From the human T2T-CHM13v2.0 reference genome, Homo sapiens, in NCBI RefSeq assembly GCF_009914755.1, contig NC_060936.1: DNA of 64,000 nucleotides; one strand, 5' to 3'. Positions 1-22,269 of this stretch are shown one piece after another. How positions within the stretch are numbered: the first letter of the stretch is position 1; every line of letters begins with the position of its first letter. The notes under the pieces are model-generated. The model worked only from the letters and a program-made list of their open reading frames with translations. It was not told where the DNA came from and ran no database searches. Made by a program: the position numbers and the translations under genes.

Positions 1-2
1 GC

Positions 3-242
<240 letters not shown>

Positions 243-448
243 TAGAGATGGGGTTTTACCATGTTGCCCAGGCTAGTCTCAAACTCCTAAACTCAAGCAA
301 TCCTCCTGCCTTGGCCTTCCAAAGTGCTGGGGTTACAGGCATGAGCCCACCACACATCAGAATTCTCTCTCTGACATCTATCTAATCATACTGCCTTATG
401 AGTCTCTCATTTCCCTGTCCCATATGGAATGAAGTTCAAATTTCGTAG

Positions 449-762
<314 letters not shown>

Positions 763-801
763 TTAATAACCTATTTTCTTCCCATACCTACCCTGCTACC
801 T

Positions 802-1883
<1,082 letters not shown>

Positions 1884-2095
1884 TGACACCCACACTCTAG
1901 CCAGTGAGGAATTCCTTCGCACTCTTAGGATCCATCAGGCAGTTCCCTCTGTGCCTTTGCTTCTGCTGAGTGACTCTATGACTCTATCCTATGCCTTTCT
2001 ACCCGCCAGTCTCTTTACTTCAAAGATTGGCTCCAGGGCACTTAACTTTTGTAGCTTTCCTTCACCCTCACAGCCAGGAAGAATTAAGTGCACCT

Positions 2096-3142
<1,047 letters not shown>

Positions 3143-4229
3143 TAGCTGGGAGTACAGTTGCCCACCATCATGCCTGGCTAATTTTTTTGTATTTTTGGTA
3201 GAGATGGGGTTTCACCATGTTGGCCAGGCCGGTCTCAAACTCCTGACCTCAAATGAGCCACCGCGTCTGGCCTGATCATCCTTTTTGTTGTTGTTGTTGA
3301 TTAAAGACGGGGTCTCACTCTGTTGCCCAGGCTGGACTGTAGCAGTGTGATCACAGTTCACTGTGGCCTCCAACTCCTGGACTCAAGCGATCCTCCCACC
3401 TCAGCCTCCCAAGTAACTGGGACTTCATTGTCCTTTTGGATGCATTTTGCAAGTGTGAAAGCACTGTCCAGTCCAGCTGATGTAATAGGTGCTAGCATTG
3501 TTGAGGTGAAAATGCCCAATTGCTGCCTTCAATTATGCAACGTCTTCTTGGTTTTACTCTGCCTGGCCTTTGTTTCTTCATCCATTCCTTCGTTTATTCC
3601 AGTAGCCCTTTGTTAAGGGGCTTCTCTGAGTGAGGCCTTGCATAAATGGAGGAAAGTTGTCCCCACTTTCAAAATGCACACCATCTAGCAGGGGGAGAAT
3701 CATGAGCTCAGGGGCCATGAGGGAACAGGATGGGGGCCACTAACACTGCCTGCAGGAGAGCAGGGGTGGGAAGGCTCCAACACAGAGACACCAGCAGTGC
3801 TCACTGAGCTATGCTAAGCACTACCTCATTTAATCCTGTCTAGGCGGGGCAGATACTCTTATTATTGGCCTCATTTTATAGGCTGAAATCAGAAATGTTT
3901 AGAAATGTCAAGTAACTCTCCCTAGATCACAGAACCAGGCAGTAGCAGGGCTGGGATTTGAACCCAAGAAGGCCAACTCCAGGACCATGCAGATAACCTC
4001 TGCACCACACTGTTCTGCCTTGACAGCACACCTGGTCCCTGGAGGTAGTGACACCATGCTGCTCATCTGTGACCCCCCCACCCCAGGGTACCTTGTACTT
4101 ACTAGGCCCTAGATGCATATTTAAGAAAATAGTTTATTTCCTGGCCAGGCGCGGTGGCTCACGCCTGTAATCCCAGCGCTTTGGGAGGCTGAGGCGGACA
4201 GATCACCTGAGATCAGGAGTTCAAGATCA

Positions 4230-4508
<279 letters not shown>

Positions 4509-5204
4509 TCACCTCAACCTTGGAGGCAGAGGTTGCAGTGAGCCAAGATTGCCTCACTGTACTCCAGCCTGGGCAACAGAGCAAGACCCTGTCTCAAAAA
4601 ATAAAGCATTATTTCCTTAGTATTAATTAATATTGATTTGAGAGCTCCTCTCCTGTTTCTGTGTGCCTAACACTCATTGAACCCTGTGCTAAGAATTTCA
4701 CAGGCATTAAGTCATTTGAGCTTCATATCAGCCCTATTGAGTGAGTATTATTACCCCCCGCTTTTTTTTTTTTTTTTTTGAGACTGGGTTTCACTCTGTC
4801 ACCCAGGCACAATCATAGCTCACTGTAACCTTGAACTCCTGGGATCCTCCCAGCTCAATCTCCTGAGTAGCTGAAACTACAGGTAAGGGCCACCACCCCT
4901 GGCTTCTTCTTCTTATTATTTTTATAGAGATGGGGTCTCACTATGTTGCTGGTCTAGAACTCCTGACCTCCAGTGATCCTCCTGACTCGGACTCCCAAAG
5001 TGTTAGGATTACAGGCGTGAACCACCACACCTGGCCAACCTACATTTTACCGAGCGAGAAACTAAAGTACAACAAGAGTAAGGAATTGGTTGCAGTTCAC
5101 ACAACTAGAAAAGGGAGAAAGAAGCTGGGATTTGAACCTAAGTAGCACAAGCACTTAATTACTTGTTTGTAATGACTATGCAAAACAGCTTGTTTAGAGG
5201 CTTA

Positions 5205-5582
<378 letters not shown>

Positions 5583-6329
5583 TTAGGAGATAGGAGATCT
5601 GGGGTATGACCCTAGCTCTGTAGTGTGACCAGGTAAACTCAACCTTTGCTCTGTCATTTGGTCCACAAACACTGGGGATACAGTGAAGAAAGAGGCAAAA
5701 CCCTGGCTTCTGAGATTTTATAGTTTAGTGCAAGGAGGGAGGAAAAATACATGCATATAGATGAACAGAACTGTTGCCGTGAAGGAAACAGTGTTGTGGC
5801 AAAGCGTAATAGCAAATGGCTGAACCAAGGATGCTTCAGGGAACACTCACTTTATTTAGCACGAGAAGGGAGATTTGGGGAAAGCCTCTCTTAAGAGAAA
5901 ACATATAAGTTGAGACCTGAAGTAAGAGAAGGCCTCAGTCATTCAAAGGGTTCAGGAGGTCATTCCTGCAAGAACAGTACATGCAAAGGTCCTGAGGTTG
6001 GAAAGAGCTTAAAAAGTCAAAGCCAGCCGGGCGCGGTGGCTCATGCCTGTAATCCCAGCCCTTTGGGAGGCCAAGGTGGGTGGATCATGAGGTCAAGAGA
6101 TTGAGACCATCCTGGCCAACATGGTAAAACCCCATCTCTACTAAAAATACAAAAACTAGCTTGGTGTGGTGGTGCATGCCTGTAGTCCCAGCTACTCGGG
6201 AGGCTGAGACAGAAGAATCTCTTGTACCCAGGAGGCGGAGGTTGCCAAGATTGCGGCACTGCACTCCAGCCTGGTGATAGAGCGAGACTCGGTTTCAAAA
6301 AAAAAAAAAAAAAAAAAAAGTCCAAGCCA

Positions 6330-7500
<1,171 letters not shown>

Positions 7501-7928
7501 CGTGGCCTTCCCTGACTATCCTACCTAACACAGCCCTCCCCTCCATCCCAATTACACTGTTTTACCTTTTTTCCTGGCATTTACCATTATCTGAAATTTT
7601 ATATATTAATAATTTTGTTTCTTTTCAGGATGGCAGTGCCTGGACTCTTGGCCTTCATTGCCATATCCCCAGAACCTAGGCAGTGTCTAGCACTTATTAG
7701 GCCCTGAAGGAATTTTTGAAAGAATAAAGAAATCATGTAAAAAGAATATGCATGCTGGGCACAGTGGCTCACACCTGTAATCCCAGCACTTTGGGAGGCC
7801 AATGAGGGCAGATCATTTGAGGTCAGGAGTTGGAGACCAACATGCCCAACATAGTGAAACCCGGTCTCTACTAAAAATACAAAAGTTAGCTGTGTGTGGT
7901 GGCATGTGCCTGTAATCCCAGCTACTCA

Positions 7929-8259
<331 letters not shown>

Positions 8260-8344
8260 CTAAAGTGTTAATAACTTCCTCTGTTGAGATAACCATTTAA
8301 TTTTCTTTATGTTTTTCTGTTTAAAAAATATAACATTGTATTTT

Positions 8345-8810
<466 letters not shown>

Positions 8811-8969
8811 AAACACACAAGCAATATACTTTTGTACTTCCTATTGTCTAATAGCATTTAGAATATATAAGTAGGGGCTGGGTGCGGTGGCTTGTGCCTG
8901 TAATCCCAGCACTTTGGGAGGCCGAGGTGGGTGGATCACGAGGTCAGGAGATCGAGACCATCCTGGCTA

Positions 8970-9248
<279 letters not shown>

Positions 9249-9251
9249 TCA

Positions 9252-9861
<610 letters not shown>

Positions 9862-12213
9862 TCATAAATTGAACTTATAATTTTTTTGCTTTTTTTTAGA
9901 CGGAGTCTCGCTCTGTCGCCAGGCTGGAGTGCAGTGGCGCAAGCTCCGACTCCCGGGTTCAAGTGATTCTCCTGCCTCAGCCTCCCAAGTAGCTGGGATT
10001 ACTTGTGCACGCCACCACGCCCAGATAATTTTTGTATTTTTAGTAGAGATGGGTTTTCACCATGTTGGCCAGGATGGTCTCAATCTCCTGACCTTGTGAT
10101 CTGCCCGCCTTGGCCTCCCAAAGTGCTGGAATTACAGGTGTGAGCCACTGTGCCTGGCTTAAACTTGTTATTACATAATATTTTTTTAAAAGGCCGGGTA
10201 CAGTGGCTCATGCCTGTAATTGCAGCACTTTGGGAGGCCGAGGCAGGCAGATCACTTGAGGCCAAGAGTTTGAGACCAGCCTGGCCAACATGGTGAAACT
10301 CCGTCTCTACTAAAAATACAAAAAATTAGCCGGTGTGGTGCCGCAAGCCTGTAATCGCAGCTACTTGGGAGGCTGAGGCAGGAGAATTGCTTGAACCTGG
10401 GAGGCAGACGTGCAGTGAGCCAAGATTGCACCACTGCACTCTAGCCTAGGAGACTCCGTCTCAAAAAAAAAACAAAGAAAAAGCTCTTGGACACATTTGC
10501 ACATAGACATACACACAGCACCAATTTACATCTGCCAAATTAATACTGCTTTATAATATCCTCTAGTAGTTTGTAAGATTTTTGTTCTAGGCTTTCTCTC
10601 TCCCCATGTGTTCTATAATAAATTGAAGCTGCAAATTAAGCCGATCCCTCCAGAATATCCAGTTTCCAGTTAGCCTGTTTATGCCCTTTTGACTGTGCCT
10701 CTGGGGGCACTAGCAGAGTCTGCACTCTTACAGAGAGAACACCTTAGAGCCTGGATAGCCTTGTTCCAGAAGCGACTTTTCCAATGGAGCAAATGTCCAT
10801 GAGGCTCTGGATAAAGGAACTGAGATGTCAGTGTAAATGGCTGCTGTGGGCTGGGCCCCAAGCTCCCCAGGGTGAAGGGGCCAGCACAGTCCATTGAAAT
10901 GAATTCCCAAGGCCAGCCCTTGGGTATAGTGGGGGGAAACCCTGTGGCTTTCCTCTTCCTTTCTCTTTATCAGCTCAGGCGCCCCATTGAAGTGGGAAAG
11001 GAGAGAGGGAGAAGTTAGAAAACTCCATGAGAAGAGGCTAGGGTTGGTGGCTCACGCCTGTAATCCCAGCACTTTGGGAGGCCGAGGTGGGCAGATCACC
11101 TGAGGTCAGGAGGTCCAGACCAGCCTGGCCAAGATAGTGAAACCCCATCTCTACTAAAAATACAAAAACTAGCTGGGCGTGGTGGCGGGTGCCTGTTAAT
11201 CCCAGCTTCTCAGGAGACTGAGGCATGAGAATTGCTTGAACCCTGGAGGTGGAGGTTGCAGTTAGCCAAGATCGTGCCACTGTGCTCCAGTCTGGACAAT
11301 AGAGCTAGAGACCCCTTCTCAAAAAAAAAAAAAAAAAAAAGGGAAGGCTGGCAGAGGGTGGATGTTCAGGACCCTGGACTCACACAAAAGTGGCCTCAAC
11401 TCAGTACTCTCCTTTCCCAAAACAACAAAATCGAACTAGGAGCTGTGTCTTTTACATTCCCAAGTCCCAAAGTTAGGGGAGATAGTAGAGCAGAGTGGTG
11501 ATAAGCCCAGGTTTTGGGGTTAGATGATGTCAAGATTGAGAATTGACTGAGTGTGGTGGACTGCAACTGTCATCCCAGTGCTTTGGGAGGCGGAGGTGGG
11601 AGGATCACTTGGAATTCAAGGTCAGCCTGGGCAACATAGCAAGATCCCATGTCTACAAGAACAAACAAATTAGCTGGGCATGGTGGTGTACCTGTAGTCC
11701 CAGCTACTCAGGAGGCTGAGGCAGGAGGATCACTTGAGCCCAGGAGTTTGAGACTGCAGTGAGCTATGATCGCGTCACTGCACTCCAGCCTGGGCGACAG
11801 AGACCTTGTTTATTAAAAAAAAAAAAAAGAAAAGAAAAGAAAAAGGGCCGGGCACAGTGGCTTATGTGTATAATCTCAGCATTTTGGGAGGCTGAGGTGG
11901 GAGGACCACTTGAGCCCAGGAGTTCCAGATCAGCCTGGGCAACATAGGAGACCCCCAAAATAAGAAAAAGTTAGCTGGGCATAGTGGCACGCTCCTGTGG
12001 TCCCAGCTACTCAGGAGGCTGAGGTGGGAGGATCGTTTAAGTCCAGGGAGGTTGAGGCTGCCATGAGCCATGATCACACCACTGCACTCTAGCCTGGGCA
12101 AGAGTGAGACCCTGTCTCTAAAAAAAAAAAAAAAAAGAAGAGAGTGAGAGGGCTGGGCACAGTGGCTCACGCCTGTAATCCCAGCACTTTGGGAGGCAAA
12201 GACAGGTGGATCA

Positions 12214-12645
<432 letters not shown>

Positions 12646-15126
12646 GGTTGTGTGAGCTAGCAGTGTAATCAAACACATCAAAACCGCAGGACAGGGCTTA
12701 CTTCCATTTTTCATTCTCAGCAAGTGCAAAGGGGCTATCTCGGCTCTACGTCCTACTAAAATCCAACACAGGTTTGGGGTCTCTAGATTACCGCTCTGGC
12801 TTGCCTGATTAGGACAACCAGTGCTGGAAAAGAGGCCCCTCATAGGGATGTCCTGCTGGGATTTTCCTAGTCCACTTGGGTTCACACACGCTAACGGTAA
12901 TCCAGTGAGGCTCATTAGCATCCCTTACCTCCCTTCCCACGAGAATGTTATGTCAGAAGGTGAAAAGGAAACTTTTTAAAGAGTTAACCAAAAAGGCAGC
13001 CCTCTCCTGTGGGCCATAACGGAGCTAACCGAGGAGGAGGAAGGGATGGTGTGGATGATTTCTTGGGGGGACTGTTCTGTTTTTGAAAGCGGTGGAGCAT
13101 TCTGATTGACAATGGTGAGGGGCAGAGGGGCCGCAGTGAGAAGAAAAGGACAGGAGTGAGCCGTAGCATTACTCTAGCCAAACAGAGCCAGGAATCTCGC
13201 CAACGAGAAAGTGCAGGATTGGCAGCAACCGAGAGATCCCGCATGGACTTTTAGGAAAGATTCTAGGCCACAGCACGGGGCCTCCTCCGTCTCAGCCAGG
13301 ATAATTCTGGCATCAGCCCCCGGCCCAGGCGTGTTCCCACATAATTGAAGTCGAATGTGCTGGGGGAGAGGCCTCCGCATTCCTCCTGGCTGTGGAATCC
13401 TCAGTGCCCTGCAGTTGGCCCTGTTTGGGATCAAAGCCAGTTCGTGTTGATTTTCCGCAGCATGGAAACAAATGCGACGAAGCTGTTTTCCTGAGGCAGG
13501 CATTTTGAAAAGAGGATCTTAATTTTTTTCCCCAAGGACAGGTGGGGTGGGGAGGTGGGGGAGTGCCACGTGGCTCCTCTCTTGCTGTCCCTTTTGCAAA
13601 CAGTTGGGCTCATAGTGTCTGCATGAGCAGAAACTGATCAGTTAGAATATGAGTGAATACAGCTACAGCTAAGGTTGCTTCTATCACAAAAGATAATTCC
13701 TAAAAAATGCTGCCGGAAGACCCTCTGGCTGCGTGTGATAAGTCACAATTTGGTTGCTCTCTGTTGGAGTGTTTCCAAGATAGCAACTCTCCTTTTTCCT
13801 CCTAAAATTTTCTGCTTACATGTCTTAACTTCTAGGTCTTTCTCTGTAATCTGTTGTGCCTGTAAAATTAATTCCTGTCCCTTCTTTTTAGTTAGCACTG
13901 AAGCCTTTTAGTGCTAAGCATTATGCTAATGATGTAAACTGATACAGGCGAGTTTCTTAAGTTGTGGAAACATCTTTATTTATTTATTTTTTTTAGACAG
14001 AGTCTCGCTCAGCCGCCCAGGCTGGAGTGCAGTGGCGTGATCTCGGCTCACTGCAACCACCGTCTCTCTGGTTCAAGTGATTTTCCCGTCTCAGCCTCCT
14101 GAGTAGCTGGGATTACAGGCACCTGACATCATGCCCGGCTAATTTTTTGTATTTTAGTAGAGACAGGGTTTTGCCATGTTGGCCAGGCTGGTCTCAAACT
14201 CCTGACCTCAGGTGATCCGCCCGCCTCAGCCTCACAAAGTGCTGGGATTACAGGCATGAGCCACCGCACCCGGCCGGAAACATCTCATTCTTTTACAGGG
14301 GACTTGAGTTCTCCCAGTTCTCTAGGGAAAACCTGAACTTTTGCCTATTGGGCCATAATCAAGGGATTGAGAATTAGAACCAGGAGTTGATATAGCTGGG
14401 AGAGCAGTGGTGCGATCATAGCTCACTGCAAGCTCGAACTCCTGGGCTCCAGAGATCCTCCTGCCTTAGCCTCCTGAGTAGCTGGGACTACAGGCATGCG
14501 CCACCCCTGGCTAATTGTTTTTAATTTTTAGTAGAGACAAGGTCTATGTTGCCCAGGCTGGTCTTGAACTCCCAGCCTCAAGCGATCCTCTTATCTCGGC
14601 CTCCCAGAGTGTTGGGATGACAGGTGTGAGCCACAGCACCTAGCCTGGGCTCTTCCTTTTTAAATTAGGAAACACATGTACCAGGAAATCTGGTCTGGAA
14701 CCTGCTGCTTCTTCTGGGCAAAAAAAATGGCAGAAGACATCCTCACAGAGGCCAAGTTGGAACTGTTTTTCCTATTTGGCATTTATGCTTAGTGCTGTAG
14801 ATTTACTTTTACTTTTTTTTTTTTTTTTTTTTTTTGAGATGGAGTTTCACTCTTGTTGCCCAGGCTGGAGTGCAATGGCGCGATCTCTGGCTCACCACAA
14901 CATCTGCCTCCTGGGTTCAAGCGGTTCTCCTGCCTCAGCCTCACGAGTAGCTGGGATTACAGGCATGTGCCACCATGCCCAGCTAATTTTGTATTTTTAG
15001 TAGAGATGGGGTTTCTCCATGTTGGTCAGGGTGGTCTCAAACTCCCAACCTCAGGTGATCCTCCTGCCTCGGTCTCCCAAAATGCTGGGATTACAGTCGT
15101 GAGACACCATGCCTGGCCTGCTTTTA

Positions 15127-15285
<159 letters not shown>

Positions 15286-15288
15286 CTA

Positions 15289-15498
<210 letters not shown>

Positions 15499-16283
15499 TC
15501 ACGTTCTGGGATCTTGCATGTAATTTCACTCTTGGACTTCCCCTCCTGGACAAACCTCCCTGCATTTGTTTCAAGGCCATCTTGAGCTGGATCGGAAAGG
15601 AGTCTTGGGTCAGGGGATTTAGAAAAAGGTCTGAAAAGAAACAAAGCTGCTTCAGTTCACTTAGTAAGTGTGGTAATTAGCCTTAGAGTAACAAATGTTA
15701 TCTGCACCAGTGCAGCTCCGTGCCAAGTACCAAAACCACATTTTCCAGATGATTCCAGTGAGTTTTTCACTCGAAGCAATTCAACATTAGGCCCTAAAGA
15801 CGGCAATCATCTTGTACAAAACAAGATTGTTCATTTCTTCCTTTCATGCAGCAAGAATGCAAAATCCAGATTAAGAACCAACTGCAGAACCCCTTTCTTT
15901 CATGTCCTCCTAAGCTTCCAGAATTATAGGGAGAGACTACTCAATGTTCATGAAAAGCATACTAGCTACAATAATTCTGAAATTGTTTTGGCTTCTGGAA
16001 GTACAAGTTTCCAAATTAATGTCTGATAGACCCTATGGTCGTAAATGTCTGTGAACATGTGAGTTTCAGGAATACAAGGTAAAGAAAGGTTATCACTAAA
16101 ACATGAAAAGATGGCCAGGCGTGGTGGCTCACGCCTGTAATCCTAGCACTTTGGGAGGCCGAAGCAGGCAGATCACTTGAGGTCAAGAGTTTGAGACCAG
16201 CCTGGCCAACAGGGCAAAACCCCATCTCTACTAAAAATACAAAAATTAGCCGGGCATGTAGTATGCACCTATAATCTCAGCTA

Positions 16284-16440
<157 letters not shown>

Positions 16441-16905
16441 TCAGGATAAAGAGGCCAGCCCCCACTCCAGTAAAAATTAAAAGCCTTATGTAACTTCCCT
16501 GAAGTTCACTAATACCCAAATGCAAATAATGCTTTTCACTTGCTCCAGGGAGACTACAGAACAGGGTTTGGGGGAGGCCAGTGGGTGAGGGTGGGAGGTG
16601 CAAAATCAACTTCACCTTGCAGAGGAGAAGCAGACACTTGGCCTTGGCTCTAGGATAAAACTTGGGGTTCCTAAAGGACAGGCTTTTCTCCCTCTTACTG
16701 CTTCACTCTTTACTGTCAAAGCTATATCTGGGCCAGGCGCAGTGGCTCACACCTGTAATCCCAGCACTTTGGGAGGCCGAGGCAGGCAGATCACTAGAGG
16801 CCAAGAGTTTGAGACCAGCCCGGCCAACATGGCAAAAGCCCATCTCTACCAAAATACAAAATACAAAAAATACAAAAAATGGCTGAGCACAGTGGCTCAT
16901 GCCTA

Positions 16906-17359
<454 letters not shown>

Positions 17360-18028
17360 TTAAGGTGCAGCTGATTCTTAAGAGACTTTTAATTTCCCTT
17401 CTGCTGCCAAGAGAAGTGATGCAGCAGAGTCACTATGCAGCAGTTAATTCAGCTTTATCCTGGAGAAAATAAGAGTGACTTTTTCCTTTTTTAGATAAGC
17501 CCATGGCATCGCACAAGCCAAAATATGCCACCAGCCCAAGCAACGTGGCATCATGCATGGCAGCCAAATCTCATGGATGGTATTTGTAGCTTGTGGAGCC
17601 TGACTGTACTAGGAGAGGGGTTTCTAAACGATGACAGAAGGTTGTTCATTCGTGATTTGCCAAGTTCTCCACACTCTACTAGCTGGCTGTGGAAATCAGT
17701 TTCTCAGCCCTTTTGAGGAGGACAACTTTGCCATGCAAGCAGAGAGTGGGTAGTTGCTTCAGTGTTTATATATTGATCAATATATTCTAGCAAGTCACAT
17801 TTATGACGGTTTCCCACCAAGAACAAACCCCCCCACCAAAACAATCTCAGCTTAGTGGGAAATAGTCTCAGGTGTAAAAATTGCTTTTAGTGGCTGGGTG
17901 CGGTGACTCACAACTGTAATCCCAGCACTTTGGGAGGCTGAGGCGGGTGGATCACTTGAGGTCAAGAGTTCGAGACCAGCCTCGCCAACATGACAAAACC
18001 CCATCTCTACTAAAAATACAAAAAATTA

Positions 18029-18169
<141 letters not shown>

Positions 18170-18262
18170 TCAAAAAAAATAAAAAATAAAAAAATGTGCT
18201 TTTAGTTTGCAAGAGTTGTGTGCCTAGGACTTCCCTTGCCCAGTTCAGCTACTTTTCACTAG

Positions 18263-18927
<665 letters not shown>

Positions 18928-19039
18928 TGATCCGCCCGTCTCAGCCTCCCAAAGTGCTGGGATTACAGGCGCTGAGCCACTGTGCCCAGCCGACACTTTC
19001 TTAGATTATTAGAGACATGCTCCCAAGCAAATGTCAGTC

Positions 19040-19093
19040 AGAGACACACATTTCACACGGGGCAGAATAATTTCAAAGTTTGGCTATTTTAAT
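19040..19093 (-). terminator. BRAP: BRAP polyadenylation signal ATTAAA (19093-19088) with downstream GU-rich element
   Basis: Plus-strand tttaat at 19088-19093; the minus strand downstream reads CCCCGTGTGAAATGTGTGTCTC. Confidence 0.7.
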
Positions 19094-21120
19094 TCAATTT
19101 CATTGTTCAAGGTAGTATGGGTATATTAAGTGGTTCATTTCCCTCCTGAAGAAAACAACTTCTGTCTGATGTGATTTTGTGAAATTCAAACATGACTCTT
19201 TGACTGTTTAAAAAAAAATTTTTTTTTCTTTACGTATCTTGGTAAGATTTTTTTTTTTTCTGGGACATATTTTTTGTAAACCTCCAAGTAGTTTGGAAAC
19301 ACTTGCCTATTTGCTCATTCCTCTGGGCACAGCCTTTCAGAGCATTTATCCCACCTGTACTGAAAAATCTGTTTTCCCAGGTGGTGGTGGGGCCACTGGA
19401 TAGAAGGGATCACAGAGAAATGAGGAGTGAGCGAGCTTTGTAAACTACTTCTAATTCTCTTCATTAGTATGCTATGATCCACCCCAGCTTCTGCAAGGTC
19501 AGACATGCAAGACAAGTACTTGGCCAAAACAGCAGGATTCTAACTAGTGTAAAAATAGATTTTAAATAAAATAGAATCTCTATAGGAAAGAGAATTAGGT
19601 TATGCTTTACATTCCCACTCTTAAGATATCTGTATATATAAGTCCAAGAGAGACTCAAAGAGTTGGTCTGCCCTAAGTAAAAATTAAGAATGTCTGAGTA
19701 CATTCATTTTGCAACATTACACGTAAAGTTTTTTGGGAAATGCTGCAGCACATCCCACAAAAACAGATGGTGATTAGTGATACAGTTGATGTGCTAACAA
19801 GTAACATGTAAGACATTTAGGTCAAAGGGGATGAGGCCTAATTACAGGCTAAAAACCTATTCTGAAATGTGATCATTTGAAAACCTGTGGCTAATTATAA
19901 AGCAAAAACTAAAACCTGTTGTTTAACAATACATCTTACTAACCTATCCCTCTACCTCTTCAAGAAACTAAATTCCAACACAGGTCTTATTTTAAGTTTG
20001 CTCAATTACTGCAGGTTATAAATTATTTGACATTTATGGTTCCAGAGAGAGTACACAGCCCCTCTGTTGGCCCACACAAGCGTTATATGACTGTTCTAAA
20101 GGGGGCTCTGTTGAAATTCTAATTTTAGGATTTAGAAACAGCTTTTGGTTATATCTTGAAAGCGTAATTGAAAATCTGCCCAAGCTCCCTCTAGCTGCAA
20201 CCTGAACATGCAGCCCAATATTTTGTAAACATTTAGAAAATACTAAACCCAACAAAATACACAATTAGCTAGTCAGAGGCCTCACTCTACATTTTCACAC
20301 GGATGAGAAATCTCCCCACTCAGTCTTGCTAGATGCTAGGATACCCACTCTGAGATTTGAGTTTGGGAACAGCCATTAAGCCTCCTCCTTAATTGCGGTT
20401 CATAATGACGTACGAAGTCACCAAAAATAAACAGTGGAGCTGCCACCATTTTTCCTACACTGAGTCTACCCAATGTGCCCCGGGTTGTTTGTTTTTCCTG
20501 GCTGGCCCCAGAGCAAGAAGAGATGACTGCTGGTAAAGAGCCAGGGCCTGGTTTACTACCAGGCCTCTTTTCAGATAACATTCAAGCAATTCTTCCACTC
20601 CCCAGAGGAAGGGGGAGATGATAATGATATGACACTATTGCTAGGGAGTTTTCATAACTCCTTAATAGCCAATGGAAACCTCTCTTTAAAGCAGCTGTTA
20701 TGCCCTCAGAGAGGTTTGGTGCTTTAGTGCTAGATAACCTTACCTTTGAGGTTACAAGAAATAACTTAACATCTTAAACCTACCCCAGAACTGAATGTCA
20801 AATACGCCAACTCCATAAATACAATGGAAAAATGCACAGCAGAGTTGGGGCTTCTACCAAGCAGGAAGGCAAAATGGTCATTAGAATGTGAGGTTAGTGA
20901 ACTCTTAAGACCTTTTCGAACGCAGCGCCTTTCTATCAGCTCTCCAGTCAGCACCCTTTACATTCACTACATCACACACTAGCAAATGAAAGAGCCAAAC
21001 AACTGTGGCTTGATCCTCACTTGTACTTATTAGGGCCCACCCTCACATTTAGCTGAAGGTCCCAGCACACTCTCACAGTGTCAGGGAGAACAGTCTCAGG
21101 GATGTCTGTTGCTCTGAAGG
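19070..21120 (-). other. BRAP: BRAP 3' UTR (~2 kb, Alu-free; 3' end approximate)
   Basis: Continuous unique sequence after the stop codon, ending at an ATTAAA signal followed by a GU-rich tract. Confidence 0.8.
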
Positions 21121-21484
21121 TCACTTGCCCCTCTTGCTGCGGCCCTTCCTGGAGGGCAACTTCCCACTGCCCCCCGAAGAGGCAGGGCTCGAGGCCGAGG
21201 CCATGGCGATGTTGATCTGTCCCTCCTGGATTTCCTGCCGGGTCTCGGCAGGCAGATGGTTGATCTTCTGCTGTGTCTCCAGGTAGAACATGACGTCACG
21301 CAGCTGCTCCTGGATCTCGGTGATCTGCAGATCTTTTTGGTCACAGGTCTCCTTCAGCACCCTCTCCTCCTCTTTTAGCTTGTTCTGCAGGAGGACTTGG
21401 TTGGCTCGCAAACACTTGTTCATTTCCTGCTCCTCTTTGAGCTCGTTGGTGAGTTTGGCCACTTTTGTGTTTAGCTGAGTGCAC
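21121..21484 (-). CDS. BRAP: BRAP exon 12 coding part (364 nt; coiled coil to C-terminal RKGRSKRGK*)
   Basis: ORF 21121..21516; acceptor TTTTTCAAAAG|G; TGA at 21123-21121; total CDS 1779 nt = 592 aa + stop. Confidence 0.97.
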
Positions 21485-21615
21485 CTTTTGAAAAACAAAG
21501 GAAGACAAAAGCACATTTTTCATTTGCTGACACAGTCCCCTTTCTGCTCTGGGATTGAACAGAGAAACCATGACCTCAGAATCCCTTTAGGACAGACCCC
21601 TTTCTCCCATCGTGA

Positions 21616-21897
<282 letters not shown>

Positions 21898-21918
21898 TGA
21901 ACTCCCAACCTCAGGTGA

Positions 21919-22269
<351 letters not shown>

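Noticed and set aside
17768-17785. Perfect 18-bp palindrome ATATATTGATCAATATAT
   Set aside because: 9-bp arms of AT-rich sequence are within chance expectation for 64 kb (about 0.24 at uniform composition, higher for AT-rich DNA).
21096-21571. Alternative-frame and antisense ORFs overlapping BRAP exon 12
   Set aside because: Shadows of the real coiled-coil coding frame; they have no separate start or splice context.
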